From contig CAYHYM010000016.1 of NCBI GenBank assembly GCA_964360965.1, positions 1-11,805 of the forward strand: 11,805 nucleotides of DNA, written 5' to 3'. Under the pieces are notes generated by a model, which worked only from the letters and a program-made list of their open reading frames with translations, made no database searches and was not told the DNA's origin. Every line of letters begins with the position of its first letter. Positions within the stretch are counted from its first letter, which is position 1. A program made the translations under genes and the position numbers. Shown here in pieces: positions 1 through 6,412 of the stretch. The stretch is from an uncultured Gammaproteobacteria bacterium. GTDB taxonomy: Bacteria > Patescibacteriota > Microgenomatia > Daviesbacterales > UBA10151.

Positions 1-2
1 TG

Positions 3-266
3 GAGGCTAAAGAATATAAATCTCAATCAGGGGTAACTGTGGGAGCGGGTAAAATCCTCTCAAGACAAAAATCAGTGGATATTTTAAGTATTTTGGTTAA
101 ACCATTCTCCAGAATTCTGGTTACCCCCACCACGGAAACTGCTCTGACCTTATCAGTGACCAGTAAGACTGAAGGGCAAAAATTCACTGTTTCCATACCT
201 ACTCCTTCAGCCCAAGATTTAGACTTTGACTGGTTTATTATAAATGAAACTACAACACCTAATTGA
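3..266 (+). CDS. Hypothetical protein, C-terminal fragment (5' end lies outside the window)
   Basis: Frame 3 is open from base 3 to the TGA at 264-266, so the GTG at 39 in the ORF track is probably internal. No motif recognised. Confidence 0.4.
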   Translation, partial: EAKEYKSQSGVTVGAGKILSRQKSVDILSILVKPFSRILVTPTTETALTLSVTSKTEGQKFTVSIPTPSAQDLDFDWFIINETTTPN

Positions 267-291
267 CAAATTTATCCAATAGGTCTAATTT
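263..291 (+). promoter_or_regulatory. Putative sigma70-type promoter for the 308..2572 gene
   Basis: Perfect TTGACA at 263-268 overlaps the upstream stop codon. A 17-nt spacer leads to TAATTT at 286-291. The ATG follows 16 nt later. Confidence 0.35.
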
Positions 292-307
292 GTTTAATTA
301 GTCTAAT

Positions 308-2572
308 ATGTCTGAACAATTTGAAGAATCATTAAATTTAAGTTTTAAAATAGGGCTTTGGGCAGTAATATTAGTCTGCCTGTTTCTTTTTTGGGATCAG
401 ACCACGGAATTTTATCTGATGCCAAAATTTATCACCCTGGTCTTTTTAATGGGTTTGATTTTGCTCTTTTTAAGCCTGAGGTTTTTATCTGAGGGCAAAA
501 TTACATATGTGCGCACCAAATTAGATTTATCCTTGCTGGCCATATTAGTGGCAGCCTTACTTTCCACTCTCCTTTCCCCTCATAAATATATATCTCTTTT
601 TGGCCAGATGCCAAAAATAGACACCGGTCTGATCAGTATTACTTTATATATATTGTTTTATTTTCTAACTGTTAATCTGGTCAAAAAAAAAGAGGAAGTC
701 AAAACCATTATCAATATCTTAATCTTTAGCGGGGCAGCGCTGTCAACTCTTTCTTCTCTGTCATACTTTAATCTTAAAGTTTTCCCCTTCTCTTTCACCC
801 AAAGTACCAACTTTACCCCCTCCGGTTCTATCTTCTCCACTACTGCCATTTTAACTATGCTGCTGCCATTTTTAATCATCTTTATTTTAAAATCACCCAA
901 CTTTTATGTTAAAATCTCATACACTGCTCTCTTGTGCGTATTTTCAGTTGGCTTGGTGCTGACAGGCTCTTTGCCAATTTGGGTGGGAGCATCTTTGGCA
1001 TTGGCAATTACGCTGCTGCTTTACAAAGATCAACAACTTAGTAAAAACTTAATCTTTTTAAGCATTCCTTTGGTTTTATCCTTAACTTTAGCACTGCTTA
1101 TCTTTATCCCGGCAGCTTCAGGATTTAAAAATCCCTTCTATGATCAGGCTCAATCCTTTCCCAGAGAAATCCAGCTTGACCCTGCCACATCATGGCAAAT
1201 ATCAATATCAGCTTTCAGAGACGCCCCGCTTTTGGGCACCGGACCCGGCAGTTTCCTTTTTAACTTTAGCCAATATAAACCTTTAGATTTTAACTTATCC
1301 CCTTTTTGGAATATCAGATTTGACAGCGCTTTTAATCAGTACTTACAAACTCTATCAGAGCAGGGAGCATTGGGATTTTTGGCGCTGGTCTTTTTAACAT
1401 TATTTTTTGCGCGGTCGGCTATTTTAGGAATGCTTTCCAAAAGAGCTGATTTGGATACTGCTCTTTTTATCTCCGGCATCACCTTTTTTATCATACTTTT
1501 GCTTCACAGCGGCACTTTGATCCTCTTTATAATTGGAGTGTTGATTTTAGGATTGGGGCAAGTTGCGGGTGGTTTGACCAAAAAAGAGACTGCTCCCGCA
1601 GTGATGGTTAATCTGTCTTCAGATGATACATCCCGCCTCAACATACTGCCTGCTTTATTTTTTATGGCTGTGATCTTATCTTTGGGAATATCCTTTTACC
1701 AGGTGGGCAAATTTGCCATGGCTGATTGGCACCACCGCAAAGCCTTAACCTCCATAGCCCAAAATCAGGGTCTTTTAGCCTACAATGAACTGATTGAGGC
1801 AGAAAAACTCTCTCCCCAAAACGATCTTTACCGCATCAATCTAGCTCAGACCAATTTTGCCCTTGCCAACTCCATTGCTCAAATCAAAGGTCCCACAGAG
1901 GCCTCTTCTGGCGGATCTTTAACAGATGAAGATAGAAAAAATATCGGGCAGCTGCTGCAGCAGGCCATCTCGGAGGGTAGAACAGCCACCAGCCTATCTC
2001 CCAGAAATCCTGTCAACTGGGAAGTTTTAGGATCAATCTACCGTCAAATTTCAGGAGTGGCCCAAAATGCCCTTTCCTTTTCCCTGGATTCTTATGGCCG
2101 TGCCATCAAGCTTGATCCTTTAAATCCCCTCTTGCGGCTTAATGTGGGTGGAATATATTATTCCATTAAAAATTATGACCTGGCCATCAGATTTTTCCAG
2201 GATAGCGTCAACTTAAAACCGGATTTCACCAATGGGTTATATAATCTGTCGGTGGCATTGCGGGATAAGGGCAACTTACAGGAGGCCCAGACCGTTGCGG
2301 AAAGAGTTGTTTCGCTGCTTACTCCATCTTTACCCGCCTCTGGCAAGGCTTCGCCCGATTATCAACTGGTGGCAGATTATCTGGCGGATCTAAAGATGCG
2401 GATTGCCACCAAGACTGCTCAACCATCTCTTATCCAGGCTCCTGCCGGAGAGGAGTCAGCCCCGCTGCAGAAGAAAACACTACCCAAAGTTTTGAATCTA
2501 CCTGCTCCTTCGCAAATTGCCACTCCGGCAGCTGTAAAAAAACCCTCCCCCACACCAACCCCAAGACCATAA
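308..2572 (+). CDS. O-antigen ligase (Wzy_C)-like polytopic membrane protein with C-terminal TPR repeats and a Pro/Ala/Ser-rich tail
   Basis: 754-aa ORF. The N-terminal ~470 aa contain many hydrophobic helices and a Wzy/O-antigen-ligase-like loop (..SAFNQYLQTLSEQGALGFLALVFL..). The C-terminal part has TPR-like repeats (..GRAIKLDPLNPLLRLNVGGIYYSIKNYDLAIRFFQDSVNLKPDFTNGLYNLSVALRDKGNLQEA..). Confidence 0.8.
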   Translation: MSEQFEESLNLSFKIGLWAVILVCLFLFWDQTTEFYLMPKFITLVFLMGLILLFLSLRFLSEGKITYVRTKLDLSLLAILVAALLSTLLSPHKYISLFGQMPKIDTGLISITLYILFYFLTVNLVKKKEEVKTIINILIFSGAALSTLSSLSYFNLKVFPFSFTQSTNFTPSGSIFSTTAILTMLLPFLIIFILKSPNFYVKISYTALLCVFSVGLVLTGSLPIWVGASLALAITLLLYKDQQLSKNLIFLSIPLVLSLTLALLIFIPAASGFKNPFYDQAQSFPREIQLDPATSWQISISAFRDAPLLGTGPGSFLFNFSQYKPLDFNLSPFWNIRFDSAFNQYLQTLSEQGALGFLALVFLTLFFARSAILGMLSKRADLDTALFISGITFFIILLLHSGTLILFIIGVLILGLGQVAGGLTKKETAPAVMVNLSSDDTSRLNILPALFFMAVILSLGISFYQVGKFAMADWHHRKALTSIAQNQGLLAYNELIEAEKLSPQNDLYRINLAQTNFALANSIAQIKGPTEASSGGSLTDEDRKNIGQLLQQAISEGRTATSLSPRNPVNWEVLGSIYRQISGVAQNALSFSLDSYGRAIKLDPLNPLLRLNVGGIYYSIKNYDLAIRFFQDSVNLKPDFTNGLYNLSVALRDKGNLQEAQTVAERVVSLLTPSLPASGKASPDYQLVADYLADLKMRIATKTAQPSLIQAPAGEESAPLQKKTLPKVLNLPAPSQIATPAAVKKPSPTPTPRP

Positions 2573-2617
2573 AGTGCTATAGCACTGAGCGTCAGTAAAG
2601 TGCTACAGCACTGAGCG
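2570..2617. repeat. Two direct copies of a 22-bp unit (TAAAGTGCTAYAGCACTGAGCG), each containing the palindrome AGTGCTAYAGCACT
   Basis: Copy 1 is 2570-2591 and copy 2 is 2596-2617, with one mismatch (T2580 versus C2606) and a period of 26 bp. They lie between the stop of the 308..2572 CDS and the 3' end of tRNA-Ala. On the minus strand each small hairpin is followed by TTTA, so they may be weak terminators. Confidence 0.7.
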
Positions 2618-2634
2618 AGTGAAACGAGTCGAAG

Positions 2635-2705
2635 TGGACCTACCGAGAGTCGAACTCGGATCTGAGCAATGCGAATGCCCTGTTCTTCCATTGAACCATA
2701 GGCCC
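2635..2705 (-). tRNA. tRNA-Ala (anticodon CGC), CCA not encoded
   Basis: The reverse complement is GGGCCTATGGTTCAATGGAAGAACAGGGCATTCGCATTGCTCAGATCCGAGTTCGACTCTCGGTAGGTCCA. It folds as a cloverleaf with a 7-bp acceptor stem including the G3:U70 Ala identity pair, anticodon loop UUCGCAU, and T-arm CCGAG-TTCGACT-CTCGG. Confidence 0.85.
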
Positions 2706-2726
2706 CAATACCTAGAAAAGAGCCAG

Positions 2727-2797
2727 TGGACCCGAGGGGAATCGAACCCCTTCCTCCTCGATGCCATCGAGATGTTCTACCAGTATACTACGGGCCC
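2727..2797 (-). tRNA. tRNA-Ala (anticodon GGC), CCA not encoded
   Basis: The reverse complement is GGGCCCGTAGTATACTGGTAGAACATCTCGATGGCATCGAGGAGGAAGGGGTTCGATTCCCCTCGGGTCCA. It has an acceptor stem with G3:U70, anticodon loop AUGGCAU, and T-arm AGGGG-TTCGATT-CCCCT. The D-stem is imperfect (one A.A and one U.G). Confidence 0.8.
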
Positions 2798-2798
2798 A

Positions 2799-2826
2799 AA
2801 ACCCTAACCCCTAGACCCTAAACCCT
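2799..2826. repeat. Four tandem heptamers (AAACCCT AACCCCT AGACCCT AAACCCT); the minus strand reads as TTTAGGG-like G-tracts
   Basis: Read directly. The repeat lies exactly between the M23 peptidase stop (2826-2828) and the 5' end of tRNA-Ala(GGC) at 2797. Confidence 0.8.
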
Positions 2827-3941
2827 TACTTAAGTATTGCCAAAGGATTAATCGGTACTCCTTTGTAATGTATTTCAAAATGAAGATGGGTTCCGGTTGA
2901 TCTGCCTGTTGACCCCATTTGTCCTATTATTTGTCCTCTGGTGACATTTTGGCCTGCTGATACGTAAACATTAGACAGGTGGGCGTATAAGCTCTGATAA
3001 CCATTTTGATGATCAATTACCACCCGATTACCATATCCCTGTCCGTCAGGCCAGCCTGCCACCACTGCTATCCCTCCATCTGAGGCGGCAATGCCCGGGG
3101 CGCTCTTATTGGGTATATCAATGCCCGGATGATACCAGGCAAAATATTGAGAAATTCCACCGTCTGTGGGCCAGACAAAATTGCCCCCGAAAGGCGCCTC
3201 AAAAGCAGGAGAAGATGGGCCTTGAGATAAATATTTTGGTCGGGGCTTGATTTTAACAGGAACTTCCGGTGGCTGACCATCAGGCACCATTAGTACCTGG
3301 CCTACTTTTAGAGCAAAATCATCAGGAATATCATTAAAGGGAAAATCCAATATGGCCTGAGACTCAGCAGAATATTTTTTGGCAATGGATTCCAGCGTGT
3401 CACCTGATTGTACCTTATGGGATAAACCTGAAACAGGCAGTATCTTTAAAGTTTGTCCCGGAGAAAGACTGTGAATATCTGTCAGATTATTGGCCCACTT
3501 GATAGTGTCAGCAGATAGGCCATATTTTTTGGCAATGGAACTTAAGGTATCGCCGCTCTCCACTTTATATTCCTCTACCTCTGAACGGGGTTTAACTGAG
3601 ACATCTGTATGCGGATCTTGTATCTCATCCAGTATCAGACCCGAAGGATATGGCTCAAAAGCCTGTATAAATCTGGGATCAGGTCCACCTATGCCCGGAT
3701 AGGTGGATGAAACAATGCTACCCCCTCCAAACACGCCTGATGTTAAAACTCCCACTGAAAAAAGACCCAGCATAGAGGTATGAAAGATGCTTTTTTGCAA
3801 AGCCCCCCGCCTTCTCATCATCACCTCAACGGAAATGTTTTTGATACTCTCAAAACGGGCAGCAAAATAGGCTATCTTTCTTTTTGAATACCAGACAGTT
3901 GCTTGAAATAAGGCTTTGATGTCTTCAGCATGAGAATTCAC
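2826..3941 (-). CDS. LysM-domain (x2) M23-family metallopeptidase, a peptidoglycan hydrolase
   Basis: 371-aa ORF with an N-terminal TM segment (MLGLFSVGVLTSGVFGG). It has two LysM repeats (YKVESGDTLSSIAKKYGLS..., HKVQSGDTLESIAKKYSAES...). M23 zinc motifs are present (YHPGIDI; GRSTGTHLHFEI). Confidence 0.9.
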   Translation of the reverse strand: MNSHAEDIKALFQATVWYSKRKIAYFAARFESIKNISVEVMMRRRGALQKSIFHTSMLGLFSVGVLTSGVFGGGSIVSSTYPGIGGPDPRFIQAFEPYPSGLILDEIQDPHTDVSVKPRSEVEEYKVESGDTLSSIAKKYGLSADTIKWANNLTDIHSLSPGQTLKILPVSGLSHKVQSGDTLESIAKKYSAESQAILDFPFNDIPDDFALKVGQVLMVPDGQPPEVPVKIKPRPKYLSQGPSSPAFEAPFGGNFVWPTDGGISQYFAWYHPGIDIPNKSAPGIAASDGGIAVVAGWPDGQGYGNRVVIDHQNGYQSLYAHLSNVYVSAGQNVTRGQIIGQMGSTGRSTGTHLHFEIHYKGVPINPLAILK

Positions 3942-3983
3942 AGGTTACATTTTAACAGATGCTTGCAACAATGTGTAATCGTA

Positions 3984-4006
3984 CCTCCAAGGGGACGCCT
4001 TGGAGG
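3984..4006. repeat. 23-nt hairpin element, CCTCCAAGG-GGACG-CCTTGGAGG (upstream copy)
   Basis: A perfect 9-bp stem with a 5-nt loop, 44 nt upstream of the transposase ATG. A 21/23-identical copy lies at 4750-4772 in the same orientation. Confidence 0.85.
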
Positions 4007-4007
4007 C

Positions 4008-4034
4008 TTGACAAATGTGTCAAATTTTTATAAC
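4008..4034 (+). promoter_or_regulatory. Putative promoter for the transposase-like gene, embedded in the palindrome TTGACA-AATG-TGTCAA
   Basis: TTGACA at 4008-4013 and TATAAC at 4029-4034, with a suboptimal 15-nt spacer. TGTCAA at 4018-4023 makes a 16-bp palindrome with the -35 element. Confidence 0.3.
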
Positions 4035-4049
4035 CTAAAAGTTAGAACA

Positions 4050-4748
4050 ATGCCAGCAAGAAACTCACTAAAAACCTATATACAGGAAGGATATTACCAT
4101 ATCTACAATCGAGGTGTAGAAAAAAGGTTAATCTTTCAAGATCAACAAGATTACTCAGTCTTTCTCTCCTATCTTAAAACATACCTATCTCCAAAAGATG
4201 AAAAGGAACTCCAGGATAAATTATCCAACTCAAATATAACAGCCAGAGAAAGGGATCAGATTTTGAAGCTTTTACGACTTAATAACTTCTTTGGCGAAAT
4301 CATTCTTTTTGCCTACTGTCTTATGCCTAATCATTTTCATTTTCTTATAAAACAAAAATCAGCTGATGCAATAGATAAGTTTATGAATTCATTCAGTACC
4401 AGATATACAATGTATTTTAATCGTAAAAATGGCAGAGTTGGACCTTTATATCAAGACGTGTATAAGGCAGTTCTGGTTGAGTCAAATGAGCAACTTCTAC
4501 ACCTTAGTAAGTATATTCATCGTAATCCTGTTGGTTCTGCTCCATTACGAAGAGATGCTTTACAAGCTAAGTTATTCAAACAACCATCATCTTACCCTGA
4601 GTATCTTGGTCAAAGACAAACAGGATGGGTGCATCCGGAAGAGATATTGAGCTATTTTTCAAAAACCAATCCACAACTTTCCTATCAGTCTTTTGTGGAG
4701 CAGACAGAAGATATTAATGTAATAAAAAATATATCAATAGATCATTGA
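4050..4748 (+). CDS. IS200-like HUH / Y1 tyrosine transposase family protein (REP-associated tyrosine transposase, RAYT-like)
   Basis: Family hallmarks are YYHIYNRG near the N-terminus, the HUH motif in CLMPNHFHFLI, and the catalytic-Tyr region LSKYIHRNPV. I start the CDS at the ATG at 4050 (MPARNSLKTY...). The 40 codons upstream in the track ORF run through the hairpin and promoter region and overlap the divergent M23 gene start. Confidence 0.8.
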   Translation: MPARNSLKTYIQEGYYHIYNRGVEKRLIFQDQQDYSVFLSYLKTYLSPKDEKELQDKLSNSNITARERDQILKLLRLNNFFGEIILFAYCLMPNHFHFLIKQKSADAIDKFMNSFSTRYTMYFNRKNGRVGPLYQDVYKAVLVESNEQLLHLSKYIHRNPVGSAPLRRDALQAKLFKQPSSYPEYLGQRQTGWVHPEEILSYFSKTNPQLSYQSFVEQTEDINVIKNISIDH

Positions 4749-4749
4749 G

Positions 4750-4772
4750 GCTCCAGGGGGACGCCTTGGAGG
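4750..4772. repeat. 23-nt hairpin element (downstream copy), GCTCCAGGG-GGACG-CCTTGGAGG
   Basis: 21/23 identical to 3984-4006, with the same loop orientation. The stem is 8 bp including one G.U. It starts 2 nt after the transposase stop and sits in the 32-nt gap to the convergent rho stop. Confidence 0.85.
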
Positions 4773-4780
4773 TTCACAAA

Positions 4781-6058
4781 CTAGATTTTAACATCTTTTA
4801 AGGCTTTTAAAAAGTCTTCATTGGAATCAGATTTTGATAATCTTTCCAAAAATACCTCAGTTCTTTCGTTCTCATTTAAAATAAACAACATCCTTCTGAC
4901 CAGTATCATCTGTTTATAATAATCTTCAGGGAACAACAGCTGTTCCTGCCTGGTACCTGATGATTCTATATCAATGGAGGGGAAGATGCGACGCTCTGCA
5001 AGCTTCCTGTCCAAATGCAACTCCATGTTGCCGGTGCCTTTAAATTCCTCATAAATCAAATCATCCATCCGGGAGCCGGTATCTACCAGGGCCGTGCCTA
5101 TAATGGTTAAGGATCCTCCTTGCTCGCAATTTCTGGCCGCCCCAAAAAAATGTTTGGGAGGATATAAAGCCACCGGATCAAAACCGCCGGATAAGGTCCT
5201 GCCTGATGGAGGAACAGATAAATTGTAGGCCCTGCCCAGCCTGGTGATAGAGTCAAGTAGAATAACCACATCTTTACCTTCTTCTACCAGTCTTTTGGCT
5301 CGCTCCAGGGCAATTTCTGCGGCGGTGGTCTGATTTTCTGCCGGCTCGTCAAAATTAGAGGCAATCACATCTCCCTTGATGGAGCGTGACAAATCTGTAA
5401 CCTCCTCCGGCCTCTCACCTACCAAAACTGCCATTAAAATTACTTTGGGAAAATTTTTGGAAATTCCTTCCGCAATATCTTTTAAAATGGTAGTTTTACC
5501 GGCTTTGGGGGGAGAAACAATCAAGCCTCTTTGGCCAAAGCCAATGGGGACAATCAAATCTATCACCCTTTGAGAAAGCGGAGTTTTACCTGTCTCCAGT
5601 TTTAAGTGTTTGTTTGGATAAACGGCTGTTAAATCTTCAAAACGCTTGCGTTTCGCCCTGAGTGTACCTGTATTTACAAGCTTTTCGGCATCTTCACCGT
5701 TAACTTGTGTCACCTGCAGCAGACCAAAATATCTTTCATTTTCTTTTGGAGGACGGGCAGCTCCCTCTACCAAATCTCCAATGCGAAGTTGAAATCTTCT
5801 GATTTGGCTGGCTGAAATATAAATATCTAAATCAGTGGGAATATATTTGGGGCGCAAAAATCCATGACCCTCCGGCATGATATCTAAAATGCCGGAAACT
5901 TGCTGAGTGGGAACATCACGGGTAGGATAATCGTCTGACGATTGACGATAGGCGGTAGAAGCAGCTTCTCCCACTAACTGATCTGCTAATGGTATAGCTT
6001 CTTTAGGCCCGTCCTGAGCTTTGCCGAAGGATTTAAATGATTTTGTAACTCGAGGCAT
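4781..6058 (-). CDS. rho: Transcription termination factor Rho
   Basis: 425-aa ORF with an OB-fold RNA-binding region (GILDIMPEGHGFLRP...YISASQIRRFQLRIGD). It has Walker A (GQRGLIVSPPKAGKTT), RPEEV and Walker B (VVILLDSITRLGRAYN). The C-terminus is MELHLDRKLAERRIFPSIDI. Confidence 0.95.
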   Translation of the reverse strand: MPRVTKSFKSFGKAQDGPKEAIPLADQLVGEAASTAYRQSSDDYPTRDVPTQQVSGILDIMPEGHGFLRPKYIPTDLDIYISASQIRRFQLRIGDLVEGAARPPKENERYFGLLQVTQVNGEDAEKLVNTGTLRAKRKRFEDLTAVYPNKHLKLETGKTPLSQRVIDLIVPIGFGQRGLIVSPPKAGKTTILKDIAEGISKNFPKVILMAVLVGERPEEVTDLSRSIKGDVIASNFDEPAENQTTAAEIALERAKRLVEEGKDVVILLDSITRLGRAYNLSVPPSGRTLSGGFDPVALYPPKHFFGAARNCEQGGSLTIIGTALVDTGSRMDDLIYEEFKGTGNMELHLDRKLAERRIFPSIDIESSGTRQEQLLFPEDYYKQMILVRRMLFILNENERTEVFLERLSKSDSNEDFLKALKDVKI

Positions 6059-6130
6059 AGTTTAATTGGTATTAAATAGTAAGTATTTAAGTATAAGGGA
6101 AACTGCAAAATTTGGAGCTTACTATTATTA

Positions 6131-6159
6131 AGTAAACCATATTCCATCTTCTTTGTCAA
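6131..6159 (-). promoter_or_regulatory. Putative rho promoter (extended -10)
   Basis: The minus strand reads TTGACA (6159->6154), a 17-nt spacer ending in TGG, then TTTACT (6136->6131). This would give a leader of roughly 65 nt before the rho ATG at 6058. Confidence 0.4.
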
Positions 6160-6189
6160 CCCTTCAATCTAATTCCCTTCAATCTAATT
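6160..6189. repeat. Perfect tandem duplication of a 15-mer (CCCTTCAATCTAATT x2), enclosed by the 8-bp inverted repeat TCAACCCT (6156-6163) / AGGGTTGA (6191-6198)
   Basis: Read directly. It abuts the -35 hexamer of the putative rho promoter. Confidence 0.85.
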
Positions 6190-6202
6190 CAGGGTTGATA
6201 GC

Positions 6203-6247
6203 CTGAAATGGGGACTAGTCCCTGCCCAAGACTAATCCCCATTTCAG
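6203..6247. promoter_or_regulatory. Nested palindromes: 12-bp arms CTGAAATGGGGA (6203-6214) / TCCCCATTTCAG (6236-6247), and an inner perfect 12-bp palindrome GGGACTAGTCCC (6211-6222)
   Basis: Read directly. The GGGGA segment can pair with either TCCC (6219-6222) or TCCCC (6236-6240). It lies between two divergent putative promoters, so an operator or RNA-switch role is only an inference. Confidence 0.5.
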
Positions 6248-6276
6248 ACTACCACCACACTGCTTATTTTGGGGTA

Positions 6277-6304
6277 TTGACAACCCTGAAATTTTTGCTC
6301 TAAT
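6277..6304 (+). promoter_or_regulatory. Putative strong promoter with extended -10, driving the three-hairpin RNA
   Basis: TTGACA at 6277-6282, a 16-nt spacer, TGc at 6296-6298, and TCTAAT at 6299-6304. The predicted TSS is near 6311, 4 nt before hairpin 1. Confidence 0.45.
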
Positions 6305-6363
6305 CTTAAGTCAAGAAGATGTATGATTTGTCTGCTTAAAATCATATGTCTTCGTTATAAATC

Positions 6364-6412
6364 AAAGAGCATTGCTATTCGAGTCCGTCTGCGGTAGTAA
6401 TGCTCTTTTTTT
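6364..6412 (+). terminator. Intrinsic terminator (hairpin 2 plus T7)
   Basis: Stem AAAGAGCATTGCTA / TAGTAATGCTCTTT has 14 bp including one G.U. T-tract at 6406-6412 (the first three T pair with the A-run at 6364-6366). Confidence 0.6.

Larger units (their letters stand above)
3984..4772 (+). mobile_element. Hairpin-bounded RAYT/IS200-like unit (possibly a domesticated REP-associated unit and not an active IS)
   Basis: A single Y1-transposase gene is bracketed by two same-orientation copies of one hairpin. IS200/IS605-type and REP/RAYT systems use such subterminal hairpins. No target duplication or second ORF is visible. Confidence 0.45.

Noticed and set aside
658-900. Antisense or alternative-frame ORFs inside well-supported genes (658..900, 3068..3280, 3490..3702, 4429..4650, 5376..5573, 9910..10113)
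   Set aside because: Each lies wholly within a longer CDS that has clear family motifs. They are typical shadow ORFs with no independent signals.
2419-2807. Track ORFs 2419..2691 (-) and 2619..2807 (+)
   Set aside because: They run through the two tRNA-Ala genes and the tandem 22-bp repeats, or are antisense to the end of the 308..2572 CDS. They show no coding features.
2799-2826. Reading the CCCTAAA-like heptamers as a real telomere or replicon end
   Set aside because: There are only four degenerate copies. They are embedded between a CDS stop and a tRNA inside a normal gene array. Nothing suggests a linear end.
3930-4049. N-terminal 40 codons of the track ORF 3930..4748 (MRIHRLHFNRCLQQCVIVPPRGRLGGLTNVSNFYNLKVRT)
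   Set aside because: This stretch overlaps the start of the divergent M23 gene. It translates straight through the 23-nt hairpin (PPRGRLGG) and the putative promoter. The family-typical N-terminus begins at the ATG at 4050.
6160-6189. CRISPR array or other long tandem array anywhere in the window
   Set aside because: The repeats present have only 2-4 units and are short (15-mer x2, 22-mer x2, 7-mer x4). They have no spacer-repeat periodicity, and no cas-like genes are present.
6378-6394. Possibility that GAGUCCG.. in hairpin 2 marks RNase P RNA (GAGGAAAGUCCGG) or SRP RNA (GGUCCGGAAGGAAGCAG)
   Set aside because: Only a 5-6-nt resemblance exists. The flanking conserved blocks of those RNAs are absent, and the overall size and fold do not fit.
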